A stretch of 64,000 bases of DNA, from assembly GCF_000150275.1 (NCBI RefSeq), contig NW_002060963.1, positions 230,627 through 294,626 of the forward strand, written 5' to 3'. This document shows positions 19,601 through 34,576 of this stretch, in pieces. Source of the DNA: Trichoplax adhaerens. Lineage: Eukaryota > Animalia > Placozoa. The first letter of the stretch is position 1; the number at the start of each line of letters is the position of its first letter. The position numbers and the translations under genes are program-made. Below the pieces are notes generated by a model. That model searched no databases, was not told where the DNA came from, and was given only the letters and a program-made list of their open reading frames with translations.

Positions 19601-22211
19601 TAGCTAAATCTGCGGAGATATTACGCTCATAGTTTGCATAAGATAGACAACCATTTTTAAAATAGTTAACAAGTAAAGTAGTCGCTGAATTTCACTTTCT
19701 CTGTTGATCGCTAATGTTATGATACTTCCCAAAGGAAATTCCAAGACAGCTAATGAAAAATTACGAGAGGCTTTTTTGGATGTGGGTTGTATGCCACAAG
19801 CATTTAGCAATATCGAATACGTTGGTAGTAAATGCGCTGGTCCTGAAGATAATCCAGATTTTTTAAAGTTGCGCAATGCTATTCAGAACCATCTAGAAAA
19901 TAATTCGATACGCTCTCCAAGATGTGGCCAAGTTATATACAAAACTCTAAAGGTAATGATCGTATTAATCTACATTAAAGGCGTATTAATATCTAATTTT
20001 ATAGTAGTGAAAGTTTGATGGCATGATACAATTATCACTGATACTTTTATGTTTGATTGAATTATGTTTGGTTAGCAATTTACGATGAGAAAGAATTTAA
20101 ATCAATTTAATTGTATTCAATCTCCTAATTTAATAAATTTTTAATATTAAATATCGTATATTTAGTTAGATGAGGTTAGGGATATCTATCGTGTCTAACC
20201 GAAATATATCTGTTTTTAAATGTAGGCTCTCAATGAAAAATTTGGTGGAGAAATTGAGTATACCGTCCCAGATACATTTCCTGACGCATATTTTACTTGT
20301 AATAGTACGTGCTTATCTTGCGGGTAAGAAACGGTGCTATTATACGTATTTGCGAACAAATTAGTGAAAATTAATTCTAAATGAATACCATTGCCATCAA
20401 TGTGATTTAGCATCATTACTTCGTATTTATAGCTAAATGCTTATATTAAATGAATGCTATTATCGTAAATGTGATTCAGCGTCATTACTTCCTGTAGCAC
20501 TTATTATACCGTACTTGCTATTGCTAATATGCAACACATCGATATCTGTATTCTTCCTTTGGATTAATATAACGTTTTCAATTCGCTTCTATAAGCTAAT
20601 ATTCAACCATAATGTATTTAGTACACGATGTGATATGACCATGAATCATATCAAGGACGATATACCGCACTCTTCCTCAAATAAACACTGCAAGTTTCAA
20701 CATCAATTCATGAATAAAGTTTATTTATGTCTGGTAAGTGAAATGAATTCTTAAATAGTAGAATCCTGAAAATAAATTTATACTGCGAATTTGAAAGGTT
20801 TGCCATGAACGTGGTGAAGATATGATCGTGGAACCGAAATTAATTGAGTCAGCAGAATCAAAATGGCTCGGATACGCACAGTATCTATGGTCAGGGTTAG
20901 TGTGCATCATTTCGTACTGTTCGTTATGTGTGTTCTCAAATTGTGCTTATTAGAACAAAATGGAATATACAAAGTAGCTTTATTGCTTATACAAATAGTA
21001 CCCTAACTTTATGTTTAATGGCATATCATTCATAGGTCGTAGATTAAGACTGATTATGACAACCTAGTCAATGAAATTATTTATTATATTATATCGGCTT
21101 AGGTATATTCTGGAATGTCCAAATTGCGGTATTATTTATCGTAGCCGTCAGTACTGGTACGGAAATAAAGCCCCAGCAGAAGAAGCCAAAGTGATAAGAA
21201 CTGAAATTCGACATGTTTGGCCTGGTGTAAGCAAACCTTTAAATCTTTATTTGAAACTATTTCCCCATGCAATATAGTAACTGTACGGTAGATACAAATA
21301 AAGGATTTACTTTAATTCTTAGTTGCTTGCATAGCTCACTTACTGATTAACTAACTTATACTCCACTCTTATCGTTACTCAGTCAGAAATTAGCAAAGCA
21401 GATTACGGTAACACTGCTCGGAGACTATTAGACAGTTTATCAAATATTGCTGACTCAGTTCGAGAAGCTAGCGCTAAGCCTAAGAAAATAGTTTCGGATT
21501 GGGTAGCAGATTCAATCGCACCTTCATACTGGGTTCCAAATTCTGAAATAAACGTAAGCAATTGTATAGAGATATATTTCAGAGCGTAGAAATTAGCTGC
21601 TTAACTCTAAATCTTAACTTTTAATATAGTGTTGTAAGGCTTGCCAATGTAGTATCTCTGGCGATAATAAAATCCATCATTGTCGATGTTGCGGTGAAGG
21701 ATTTTGCGATGATTGTTCAGCAAATGAAATGCCCGTACCATGGCGTGGATGGGGCCAAATACCAGTTAGAGTTTGCCAGTCCTGCTTTAGCTCTTATAAA
21801 GATTTAAATCATTCGATATCTAAAAAAAATGATGAAACTCAATCTATCCCCCGCAATGATACAGTTGTAAATGGCAAGCATGATAAAAGCAAGGGATTGA
21901 CAGCGCGCAAAGTTGGCGAAGGTGTTGCATCAGTTATAGGAGCTATTACGAATGCCATGGAATATCCGCGTGGCTATGTTGTAGATATTGTTCGACCTGA
22001 ATATTGGGTACCTGACCAAGATATTCGTCAATGTAATCAATGTCAAATCATATTTGCTTCCAATATGACGAAACATCACTGTAGAAAATGTGGTCATGGC
22101 TTCTGTGATACTTGTACAAAAACTAAATTGTCAGTTCCATCGCGTGGTTGGGAATATCCAGTTCGTGTCTGTGATAACTGTGCAAAAATTTTACAATCTG
22201 AAAATGTTTAA
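16690..22211 (+). CDS. ZFYVE1: Zinc finger FYVE domain-containing protein 1 (DFCP1): P-loop NTPase domain + two FYVE domains, multi-exon
   Basis: Exons at 16690-16765 (putative ATG), 18273-18376 (SFLLLDGSEELQ), 18831-19113 (VVSIIGNTGDGKSYTLN...SCTIGVWAA...ILDTEGMLG), 19353-19574 (VLAISDVVIYRT...TLGPAVIIFH), then FPDAYFTC and YILECPNCGIIYRSRQYWYGN...RTEIRHVWPG. Two FYVE fingers follow (YWVPNSE..HHCRCCGEGFC; YWVPDQD..KHHCRKCGHGFC..PVRVCDNC). TAA ends at 22211. Confidence 0.95.
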
Positions 22212-24028
22212 TTTGCAATGACATATATCTCTTGGTAAATTTTATATAATAGCAAAAGAATGTCTTTTAGCTTAGTTATGTTGTACTATAAACTCTACTG
22301 TGTAAAATAATGTAAGAAAAAAAAACATCTGTATCTATCTATCTACAAATTCTACATTAAAAAAGATTTGTATCGGCAGTAATATCATAATACACTTAAA
22401 CCAATTTCCAAGACCTTGTAGTATCTGTCATGAGATCTTATCAACCTAAACATCCTTAAATTATTATACAGTAAGAAATGTTATTGATATCTTATTATTG
22501 CTTTCCACGCATATAAAATAGCGCTGAATCTATTATGGGCTAACAGCGGGGATATTACCTTCATTTTCCAATGCTGCCATGTATGATCTCGATTAATGAA
22601 TTGTTACTATGGTTTCTTATATTGTACCTACTCGTATACAGTAACCTTGACTGGAGTTGATTACAATTGATATAATAGTAAACATGAACTAGTACTAAAG
22701 TGCTGTCATTGTGATTCTATTTCTGTTAAAAGGACTATCTTGTTATAATTTAAAGGCTATGGTTAGTAGGAAATATCTCTTGAGTGTAAATTACGAATTT
22801 ATTTATTGTATGCAGTATTTATGCTGACGGTGTGGAGTTATATTGCGTCACGTTGTCAATAAATGACTATTTACCTGATTTATCGATCTATAAGCTACAA
22901 TATAAAAAACAGTAAACACACATGTTTATGACATTTATATAATTACTATTAAATTCTTAATCAAAGTGTCATAATTGCTATATGGACGATTTCTAAAGTT
23001 ATTAAATCTGCTAAAAATCTCTGTCGATGGATACATGGGTTAATGAATACGGTAATTTTCATTTAATAAGGTATGCTATACTGTGTCATAGTATTACTTT
23101 CATTTGTAATCTATCAAATATCTTTCAAAGCGATGTCAAAAGCAACCCCTATTTAGCTTTATATGAGGTCACTGATACTATAAAGATTTATTGATGTTAG
23201 TCCAATAGATGTGTGTGCGGATCACATTGTCTCATATCAAGAATTGCGGACATCTTAAGTGATAGTATGGAATACCGTTAACAAATTTGCTACAGGCTTC
23301 CGTTTTATTAAATATTCTGAATAGTAACGCTTTCGGTTTGTCAGGCTATTATTATAATATTAATCGTCCATCTTAAGAATTTCATAGATATTGAAAAGTC
23401 AAGTTAGCCTTTATAAAATTGTGTAATATGAATCATCACATTCTACCGATGCTTATCAAAAACAATATTATTAATAATATAGCAATTATGTATGAAAATC
23501 TTATGTATTATGCACATCAATCAACTAATTACCGAAAAAAACGAGTTTTGATTCCATATTGGAAGTATAATATGATTAAACTAAAATATAGTATACGACA
23601 ACTTAAGTGTACTTAAATATTGTAGTACTGTATGCTGGCTGATGTACATACGAGTAAAAGCTTTCTTGTATTAGATTTCACAATCGCGCTCCGTGTTTGC
23701 AAGATTAGGCATTATATCACGGATATAAATTATCTCCTGCATTTATGCGTTTTGTTGACATAAGAAGTAGTAAAATATAGTAGCTACAATTTATTTCTTA
23801 AAACGATCAACAGATTAAAATTATATAACGGATTTGATATTAGTAATATATTATTACAGTTACTTACAAGAATAATAAATACTTTTTCTTTCCTACATCT
23901 AAAATGATGTAATAATCGTCATAATAATAACTTGCAAGATCTCAACGTGGACACATTCTCAGTTAGACAACTAGACATCATTAAAATTGGTAAACCGTTG
24001 TCTCTGTCTCTCGAGTGAGAGTAGCAAA

Positions 24029-26658
24029 TTAAGTGAGGTTCCAGTGGTATACATTTGTCAGGCAAAAAGCTATACAACTCTTCTCCATTATTTAGATTCC
24101 ATCCACGAACTGCAAAGTCTTTTCCTACTGCTCATTTTTATACACAGACACAGTACGGTCAGTGACAAAATCCTAATTCATACCAAACACCTTTGCACGC
24201 TAATTAATAGTTATCCAATTACCTGAAGAGACCACACTTTCAGTGTTATCTAAATCAAACGTTTGATTCATGAAATACGTATCACACCCATGTGACATTG
24301 CTATTACGCAACTACGTGTTCTCATATCCCATAACTTGATCTAAATAGGAAGAAGTCAGAGATATTGTTTTAACATCAAGGAGTATGCAAATGATCTAAT
24401 AATGCTACAAAAGTAGATAGGTCACTAACTTGCCCATCGACGGACGATGATAATACATAATTGTTATCATTCAGAAGTTTAATTTTAGATACAGATGATT
24501 CATGTTTAACGTGTGACACAACAACGTTTGCTTGCCGAAGGTCTGAAATTTGTACGACGCCACCGCGGGTACCGTTGTAAATTATGGGATCCTATTGAGA
24601 TCAGAGTTGAAATGTAACATTACAATAAATAGTATATTAATGAACATGCTTCATGTCATGGTCATGATAACCCGATGGAATTTCTAATGACCAAAAGCTT
24701 AAAGACTTGATTACCAACATCAAATAGGTAATACATATCATATAGTATTATAATAGCAATTTAGCAATTGCTATGATAGTATACCGACATCAATTCAATA
24801 TTTGCTACCTGCATTGAAAGTGCTTGTGAAAATACATCACTTTCGTTAAATATCGGAATGGAAATTTTTTTATTACTTTCAATATTTAACATCATAGCCT
24901 CTCCAGAAGCTCCTAATAAAGACGAGCAGTGATAAAATATCGAGTTCCATTAGATAAGCTTTCCATGTAGCAAACTTAAATAGCGTATTCAATCAAGTGT
25001 AATATTTAATAAATGATCCTACCAACGCTGATAAAATCACAGAATCGGAAATGAGGACAGGCTGAGCAGCACCAAATGGAGCGTTTAGCAAACTGATATA
25101 TCACATCAGCTATTGTGACGAAGATTTAAAAATACTGTGTTAGTTAAACAAGTTAAGACTTAATTTAAGCAATCTACTGTCAATGTTGCTACTATCGGTA
25201 GTATTGGTGGTATCACTAGGAATGCAATAAATATTGCAGCAGCAGAAATGATATTTATGCAGTAGAGTTTGCGTCGTAATTGTACATATTACTCACCGTG
25301 AATATCGTTAAAGTTATGTAGCCGAATACTACCAGTACAACTTGCATTACCTAAGTGAGATGCACTAAATATAATAGGAAGAATGTTGAGGAGAATATTT
25401 AAGTATCTCTTTCTCTAATAGTGTTCTGCAACTAAGGAAGTAGTTATAAAATGTAATAATAGTTTTTGGATACACTATGTCATATATGGAGCCAATTTTA
25501 CTATCTTTACGTATCCAATCAACATGAGTCATTCTCGATAACGATGAGGACACTTCAAAACACTCAAGGTAGTATTCATTTTCAATAGAATTGTTATAAT
25601 TTTCTAGTACAGTGATAATTCGAAGCCTTTATAAACCAATTACATAGTAAATAGAAGTAAGAATCATTTAATTATACTATTAAAAATGAAGCAAAACTCA
25701 TTAAGGTAATAATTCTGCAGTTATTATTGCATACTGCTTACTTACAAGAATGGCCCATCATTGCCTCTGATCGTACTAAGAGCTGCGATTCGTCGGCAGA
25801 CATTATCGGACTTAACATAAAGGTCAATCAAAAATTCTGGTCAAATATCGCAAACTAGATTAAAATATGTAGATATAAATAATGTTCCAGTCATGCGTTG
25901 ATTTATCATGGCAATAAGCGTAAAAATTGGATATTAAAAACTATGCAGATGTACTCAGTTCATGATTGAAATTATCCGATCATTATTTATAAAGCACACA
26001 TGGCGGTAATACAGTGCTATAATTAGATTTATTAAATTAGTTTCGTTCATTAGCTTGATCCTAGGGTAAGTCCTTGAATTCAACATTTTACATTAACATA
26101 CTTACAATCAACTTATAAACCGTCGTACTATTCCAGGTGGCCAAATTAGACAAATGTAGATAATCTGGCATAGCACGGCGTGCTATAGTCTTTGCAGTGT
26201 GCTGAGGTTGTTGAGGAAATAGTTGCCTCTGGCATATATGGCGAATCACATCATTATTTGCTTTCTATTGGGGTAATAATATATATGTAATTAAGGGCTA
26301 ACCTCATTCAGGGATATTTACATTTAAATACGCCTATAAGGTATGATGTACTATTTTGCAGAAGGACGAGCACTTGGCTAAAATTTTACTATTTGAATGA
26401 AGATAATAATCTTACGCGTTTCCAATGAAGCAATGGCAAGAATTGATTTTGGTACCGTTTCTCATAACTTGTTTGTTGCTTGTTAATAGCGATTGAATCC
26501 AAGGTAATTGGGTTGTACCGATTATGCCCAGGGGTGACTCGAAAGTAACGTTTCTTATCTGGGTCGAAATAAAACCCTGGAATTTTTACTAAAGAGTTAA
26601 GGATTTTACTATAATCGATATGATGGAAATGTTCATCTAAGATGATGTACAATTTCAT
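24029..26658 (-). CDS. DCAF4: DDB1- and CUL4-associated factor 4 (WD40 substrate receptor), multi-exon; first exon unresolved (may extend to ~27.3 kb)
   Basis: Diagnostic N-terminal KIPGFYFDPDKKRYFRVTPGHNRYNP (26.5-26.6 kb). WD40 exons include YNGTRGGVVQISDLRQ, YVLSSSVDGQ-IKLWDMRTRSCV (DWD WDxR motif) and VGKDFAVRGWNLNNGEEL. Predicted TAA at 24029-24031. Confidence 0.88.
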
Positions 26659-27394
26659 TTATTCTTTACGCGTTACTAACATCAATTCTGCAGCACTGTG
26701 CATTGCAATATTTCTATCACCATCAAAACACTGTTTGTTTACTACGAACACTGTCTAGTAAAGACTAATATGATAACATTTCATTAATGTACAGGTACGA
26801 GGTCGAACGAGCCATCCATCACTGATATGCAAGACATACACGGGCTATCTAGCTATTCATTTGTCTTTACTATAGTGTGCAACGTTACTCGCTTAAAGTA
26901 CTGCTGAATGTGAGATTTGCTTGCAAATACTCGTTGATACAAATACACTACTTACTGTGGTAAACGAATATAATTACAATAGATACAGTAGGAAATATGC
27001 ACCAACAGAGATCGATTGGTGATATACTGTATTGATTCATTATTAAGGATATCTGGATTGTTGCTCATTGGACCGGCAGTCTTGAACGAGTTTTACACCA
27101 GATTCAGATTGAATTGACAACAAGTCTTCCTCTACAACAAGCTTGATATCATTTCTGAGGTCGCTGTCTTTGCAAAAGTTGTACTGTTTGATACTATAAT
27201 CAAGACGATTATACAATATACAGCAGCAGTAAACAGAACGATTTAATTGACGCTCCTTGTCATCTTTATGGTATCCACTGGTTATGCCTGTCAAAGTTAC
27301 AGAATATTCCTAAACATTACTTACAGTAGACTTAAGTAAAGCCAATGTAGTTGCAGCTCGTTGCAGCCGTTGAAAAAGCAAAGCTCTTCCTCTC

Positions 27395-27572
27395 TTGTAC
27401 TTGTAGTACAGTACAGTATTCTACAATATACAGTACTATACTGTACAGTACAGTACTGTACATTACAGTACATTATACTGTGTGTCATCGAGTGTGGACG
27501 GAAAGGTGGATGGACGAGAAGCTTTAGTTAGGCCGTTCGCATATTACCAATACTGTGCACTGTACTGTACGT
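27395..27572. promoter_or_regulatory. TACAGTA/TACTGTA cluster upstream of DCAF4 (divergent DCAF4/RTF1 region)
   Basis: gtacagtacagtattctacaatatacagtactatactgtacagtacagtactgtacattacagtac, and tactgtgcactgtactgtac. Confidence 0.4.
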
Positions 27573-28147
27573 TGTAAGCCATTAAAGCACATATTGATTC
27601 CAGTTATTATTTGAATCCATGATAAGCTAACACCAAGTTCTTTCATAGAGTTTGAGACACCGTCTGGCTTAGTTGTCTACTCTAGTCAGTAAACTTGAAA
27701 TGGAAGCAACGTAAAAATTATAGTAAAATGATCTTTGCAAATGAATTTTATGTTGACTGACCCTGATACAGCAAGAATATAGATCTCTTCTTCCCTTATC
27801 CAAATGACTTCCTATTCTAATTTTACTGTACTACAGTGGTAGTTTAGTAAATTTACTCGACATGGATAGTGTTATTCCTGGCACACGACGTAATCGTTTT
27901 ACTTAGTGAAAAGAAGGTATCATGATCATTATGGACTACAGTCATTAGTCCATCAATTCATGAATACCAAAGTTATTATGGGCAGTTGCATTCAACTTGA
28001 GTGTATCCTAGGTATCGCCACAGTTTGACTCCAAATTGACTCGGATTTACACTAAAAAATGAATATTCAGAAGTCCCTAACTCAGTAAAATGCGCTTCCA
28101 TTTTTTTCCCTTTTTTCTGCCTTCGTACCAACAGTCCAAATCGATAC

Positions 28148-28246
28148 CAACTGTGCTGTACACTGTACTGTACAGTCTATGTACACTGTACTGCACAGTA
28201 CAGTACTGTAGAATACTTGTCTTCAGTATCCTCTGCTGTACTGTAT
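28148..28246. promoter_or_regulatory. Second TACAGTA/TACTGTA cluster, upstream of RTF1
   Basis: actgtgctgtacactgtactgtacagtctatgtacactgtactgcacagtacagtactgtag...ctgtactgta. Confidence 0.4.
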
Positions 28247-30028
28247 GACGTGCCCGAACGCACGACGCAACTAGTTTGACCTGCTTTGACTGGTTGAACG
28301 TGCCAAGGGTAACCCAAATATTATTATTATTCATTGCAAGTTGGTTTCCTCTTGGCGCCACAACGGGGAAGATTGGTGTGGATTGTCGCCATTTCTCTTT
28401 CTCCTTAACAGTTGATTCTTTCACTGGCAAAGCCAATTCTTTGATCCACTTGGTTTTACTGTATCTCACTGAAGAATAGGTACGTTTTGATCCATGTTCA
28501 CTAAGAACAAGCTTAATCAATGAAAGAAGACCAGCAAGAGGGATCATTCCCACTCAATGGCCATCAATTGACTTGACTTACGTCTAGCAGTCACTTTGAC
28601 TGTCTGTCTCCTATTCTTTTTTTCCTAGTCGTTCCTGGTCAGCATTAGCATCAATAGATTGATTCCTCCCCTATATTAATTGATAGAATTACCACCGTTT
28701 CTTCTTTATTCTTTGAAAATCCTTTCCCCAAATCATCCTATAGGCAATAGTCGATAAGTTTGTTCAAAATTGCTTTCAACCGTGTTCGCCATATCTTTTC
28801 GACTTGTTGGAGTATGGATAAAACCTCGATCTAGTACAGTGAAAAGAATGAGCTCAAGGTTATCGTGGATATTGAATTGACTAGTGTATTTGGACGATGC
28901 GGTACTGGGCTAAATTGAATAAATGGTTACCGAATTTCAAGCATAACTGCCAAGATGCCTTTTCATATAGTATCCACAAGTGCATCTATTGCCAACTAGT
29001 CCATTTTCTCCCTAATAATATCGATGTCAGTTGTACGTAATAGACTGCATGGGTTGTTCTAGATGCATTTGCAATGGTCAAGCCGACATAATAGACAAGT
29101 GCAATAGTAAAATTGTACGTAGTTCTAATTTGGACTGTGCCGTCGACCACGATATTTTTGGACGATGATTCTTCACATTTCAATCGAATTTAATGACATT
29201 CAGTTCCATGGAATCCAATCAGATTAACTCTTTATGTCTAGTTTAAAATTTCAAAATGATAACTTACATTACTGTGAATCGACGAGGAATGATTATTTTG
29301 AGATGGAATGCGTAAAATTAAATTGATTATCATGCGTACTCATTTTTTCCCATGAATTGTGAAACGGTCCTATTTCTATCAATGAATTTTATTCTTTGTA
29401 TAGTAGTATACTGACTGTTATTGCATGGGAGGGCTATGAAGTTCTTCTCATTTCCAGTTGAATGATGGGAAAGTCAGAGCTATTTCGGTAGAAAATCACC
29501 AACGTTGATAGTATTACTGGAGATGATATGCTCGAGGTTCTATCAATTCTTTGCTTATCGTTCTGCATTATCATCGAATCACTGGATGACGATAAATGAT
29601 CGATAGATAGCTAGAGTATTCTGCCATAGAAAGTATTGTGATAATAACTAATTAATTAATTAATCTTGGCTATCATTTAACTTAAGTACTATAGTTGGGG
29701 CACTGTACGATACTGTATTTTATAGTAATACCCATGGTTAGAATCCTAATTTGATCAATGTAGATTAAGCTAATTCATTGATTTCTTATTGATTTGGGTT
29801 AGCAGTGAATGAATATGATTTCACTTTGTGTTTAGCCTGTAAACAAATTGACCCTGTGATCTCATTATATTTCTATATTTCGACTGTTTGGCTATCGTAG
29901 CATAAATTGTACCGTACCAACACTATGAAACTACTTCATCAATGGCTTGCTCAATTATATTTGTTAACTTTACTGCTATAATCAATTGCGTCAATTAACG
30001 GTTTTATTTTTTGTAATATTCGAAGAAA

Positions 30029-33000
30029 ATGAAAAGAAGAAAAGAGCAAGCTTTTCTATCATCAACAAGTGACGATGATAATAGTGATATGGATTTGAGC
30101 CAGGTATAGGATTATTCATCATGAGTAATGAAATCAGATTGAACTATTTTTTCAGTAGTTTAATTGCAGTTTTTCACGAGTAACAAGAAAGAAGAGATTT
30201 TTGTTAACTTCATTATGGTCTTGTAGTAATATATCAAATTAATGATGAATTAGAAATTGCTCAGTTTACCAAAAAGATCACGGCAAGGCGGTGCAACACA
30301 GAAAGATACCAGTAATAGTAAAAAAGCAATTGTAGAGGAAGATAACTCTGCAAGTAGTGATTCAGAATCTGAATTAAGCGATGATGAAGAGGTAAAATTG
30401 TACATTTTAACATCCTATCATTTTCATAAACTATAAAATCCGAGAAGAACAATAATGCTAAATAAAATGCAATCATATGTACCTATAACTTATAAGTATA
30501 CGTTATCTTTTCTTTCTTTAGTGGACAACTTCGAAGAAGCAACAACGCCAGAAGGCCGCTAATGCAGCTAGTAAACGCAAAAATAATCGAGGTGGAAAGC
30601 GTGGACAACAGCGTCGCCGAAAGAAAAAATATTCTTCAGAGTTGGAAGATTCAGAGGAAGACGACGATGCAAATATTGAAGATCAGCTAGAAGACACAGA
30701 CAGCGATGAAGATGAAAGTAGTGACGAAGATGGGCAGGCATCTTCTACTTCATCCGAATCATCATTCGATGAAGCACGATTTGACGATGGCTTAGACGAT
30801 GACTTGATGGGGGACGATGAAGATCGAGCTAGGTAACGTGTAATGCTTTTATTATTATCTGGATGTTTGCTATGTTCATAAAAGTTGACATAAATACTTT
30901 ATTTACATTTACTGTATACCAATTAGCGTTATAGCGTAGACTTTATTATTTAATAAAAAAGTTTCAATACGAGTTCGTGTTTACAATTCTTATGAAAACA
31001 TTTAAAAATGAAACAACTACAAAACTAGTATGATAAACACTTGGACAAAGGTAGTCTCAGTCGATGCTGAAACTTTACCCGCATTATATTGAATGTTACA
31101 ATATTATATAATTATATAACATAGAATGGCTAAACTAACGGAAAAAGAAAGGGAACAAGAATTATTTAATCGCGTTGAAAAAAGAGAAGCTCTGAAAACA
31201 CGTTACACAATCGAAATGAAACTAAGAAAGGCAAGGAAAGATGAACGAAAGAAAAAGAAGAATATATTAGGTATTGTCAAGTACCGTTATAAAAATGTTG
31301 TATGATAACAGTAACAAAATCCATGCATAATAATTTGATAAAATATCATCCTAAGATTTTTCCGTGATGTTTTATCGTAAAATAAATTGACTTACTTTTT
31401 TAATGCGATACTTATTATTCTAAACTGAATGGATGGTCATTCCTTGTACAATTAGTTATCATGCATTATATATTCGTGTCAGTAATAACGGTACTGCGAG
31501 TATTACTTTAGTTCTAAAGCCTGCCTGCCTTACCAGTTAAAATTAGACTGTATAAACTCATTAGTTCTATCGCTGTTACTAATACTATTTTAAATCATCG
31601 CATTGCACAACTGAATGAGCAGCAGCCAGTGCATTAGATCGCCAAGATAGACGGCGTGCAATGAAGCGAAAGCGTGATAAAGAACTTGAAAAAATAAGAA
31701 GCAGACGCGAAAAAAGGATTTCGAAAAAACCAGCTGAACCTACTACTTTTATGCAATCACGTCGCCACTTGACAACAAGTGATGTCTTTACCGATGATGA
31801 CGATGACGATATCAGAGGTACTTCAAAATCCGATACTGATAATTTCAAAGATGGTTATTCGCCAATACGACATTATGAGTAAGTTTATATTCTAGATATG
31901 CTAATTTATCTAACTATTGACTAGCTCGCAGATGGACGGCCGTCACTACTACTAATAAGACGTCTATACTATATAGTACTGCATGAGTACTCATGAGATA
32001 TTTGTTACTATGAATAACCCTAAATTTTATCTTACTACTGTTTAAATATACAAGTTCTCCGCAATCAGAAATCGTCACTTATATAACAACAAGAGCTCAA
32101 TTATCAACAATTAGATTATCCAGAAGCAAGTTAGAAAGGTAAATGACTCATAAATATACTTTCTAATTATTTTAGCAAGTTTTATCTTTTGTATAGGATA
32201 CGAGTAGTTGTAAGTAGTGAATCAGTCTTTATGGCTAATGATTACTAAAATTTCGTTTTAGTTATCTTTGTTATAAATATTTATTTCTGTAAATTTTCCA
32301 CAAGTATTTCAGTAGACAATAAATAAGTAGATGGTACCCTAGTACCGCATAATATGCTATTACTCTATACTTTTATGTTGTATGACAGATACTCGATATG
32401 GAATTTTTCAAGTTTGAATCCGAAAATATTTTATTTTGTTAAATTAATGTAGATATATATTTGGTTATTCATTTCCTCTATAGATGGGTTCACATGCCTT
32501 TTTTTGCAGAAACTGTAGTCGGATGCTTCGTTCGCGTCGGTATTGGAAGTCACGAAGGAAAACAAATCTACAGGGTATTGTCTCATATTACAGATATCGA
32601 CATACATGCATAAGTACCATGTAGACCTCTGCTTATAAGTCATGTATAATTGTATGAACAGGTAGCTGAAATCATAGATGTTATTGAGAGTGGTAGAGTG
32701 TATAATTTAAATAAAACATCGACGAATAAGGTGTTACATCTAAGGTCTGTAAGCTTGCATAATTGTAAAGTAATGCACAATTGATAGTATTATGATAATT
32801 TGGATAGTAGGTTTCGCCTTGTCAGCAGCCACGGATATAAAATATGCATACGTATTTTGTTGTTATAGGCATGGACTAGATGAGCAAAATTTTAGAATGG
32901 AATATGTATCAAACAGCAATTTTACGGACAATGAATTTCTTAAATGGAAGACAAAGGTAACCCGAATGTTATAAAATTATATATTATTGCACTGTTGACG

Positions 33001-34576
33001 AAACAGCTGCTAAGATTTGATGAAACTGCAACATGTAGATGAAAGAATTGGATCTTAATTTGCCAAGCCAAGACGATGTTGACAAGAAAAAGGAAGATAT
33101 TATAAGGGCTGCTAATTATAACTTTGATGATGCTGACATTGATGAGGTACCTCGTACGTTTAATTCGAAAGTAATAGAGGGTAGTGAACTGACTTGTTGC
33201 CTTACGACTTTATGCATCGTTATTAATTGCAATATTAGATTATCGCCGAAAAAGATAAGTTTCGTAAAAATCCTTCCAATTTCGCAGTGAAGCAAAGTAA
33301 ATTAGAGCAAGCAATGGTATGATGAACGGATAAAAAGAGAATTAATCAATAAGTTGTGCGCAATTGCTGTAGTTAGCTAGCCAATAATTTACTACAATAT
33401 GCCAATGTGATTTTAGGAAGCTGCTCAGTATCGTGGGGATGAAGATGAAGTTAATCGTATTAAATCAGAGATTGAAAATTTGGATAAAAAGGCTGAGCAA
33501 ATTAGCAAATGGCGCTCCCAAAGGCTGGATCCAATAATGTAAGCGTGATATCTCGATTTGAATTTAATCACTGAGGCTAGACTCAAAGGATATTGTCTTA
33601 TGTAAATTTTAAAATATCTCACACAGGTCTATTAATCAGAGGAATCGCCAAAAAAACTTAGCAGAAATAGAGAAAGCTCTAGCTGTATGAACTATAAGAA
33701 ATAAGCGTAACGTTTAAGTTTTCCTTAAAATTGAAAATTTATTTTCGTTATTTTATTAGAGGGAAGTTGCATCGGATGGTGTTTGTGCCGACCCATTTAC
33801 TCGGAGAAAGTGCCAGCCAATTTTAGTCAGCATGGTAAGATTCCGTATTTATGTGCTAGATTGACTTTTGCAGCTGCAATTCCTACGGTTAAATATAGTT
33901 AGATTGAGCTTAAATTGTATTTAATAGTATTTCAATTTTATAATTTAGGTAAAGGACGTACAAAATGTCTACACTAGTAGCCCGACCAAGTCCTCTAATA
34001 AATTGCCAAAATCTAATTTAATGGAAAATAGTAATGTACGTTCTCTTAAGTGTTATTCAACTATGTACGATATCATGATATATATATATTGAATTGGATA
34101 TTCTACAGATGTCTGAATCATCCATTGGGCAAACGCCGATCGCAGCTGAGTTGGTAAGAGTTGAATATGGTCGCACGTAAACTTTATTAAATTAAAATTT
34201 TAAGGATGAACTTTGATATATGTGTAATTGATGCTTTGATACATCTAGAATAATATATCTTCGCAAGACTTGGGTGCGTCGCCTAAATTAGAAGGTCAGA
34301 AAGAAGTTGTGAACTTGTTTAGTGCCCACGACTTTGACGTGAAAATTGATATCGATGTTGGTCCGCCAGGTATGCAATTGTACCTAATTCAGGCATATCT
34401 GTATTTTCTGCTACCTGAGAGTTAATGTGATTGTCTTTTGTTTGACAATTGGTATCCTCATAGCCCCAGGAATATCCATTCCTCGGAAGCAGACAGATAA
34501 TAAAGCAGCAAATCAGGGAACATCAAGAAGATGCTTAAACCTTAGCGATTATAAGAAACGAAAAGGATTAATCTAA
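30029..34576 (+). CDS. RTF1: RNA polymerase-associated protein RTF1 (PAF1 complex; Plus3 domain), multi-exon
   Basis: ATG 30029 ([17 protein letters not shown]). Histone-modification-domain motif [39 protein letters not shown]. Plus3: [31 protein letters not shown]...YRVAEIIDV...[16 protein letters not shown]. Also [19 protein letters not shown] and [14 protein letters not shown]-terminus [16 protein letters not shown] at 34574-34576. Confidence 0.96.

Noticed and set aside
27043-27294. 83-aa ORF as a separate gene or the DCAF4 first exon
   Set aside because: No motif support and no convincing in-phase junction to the PGFYFD exon; left unassigned.
28077-28553. 158-aa minus-strand ORF and the overlapping 67-aa plus-strand ORF
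   Set aside because: No recognisable domain. Part of it is a translation of the TACAGTA cluster (LQYCTVQYSVHRLYSTVYSTV) in a probable promoter region.
31585-31848. Antisense ORFs over RTF1, ZFYVE1 and DCAF4 exons (e.g. 31585-31848, 19604-19876, 23987-24226)
   Set aside because: Shadow ORFs on the strand opposite real exons.
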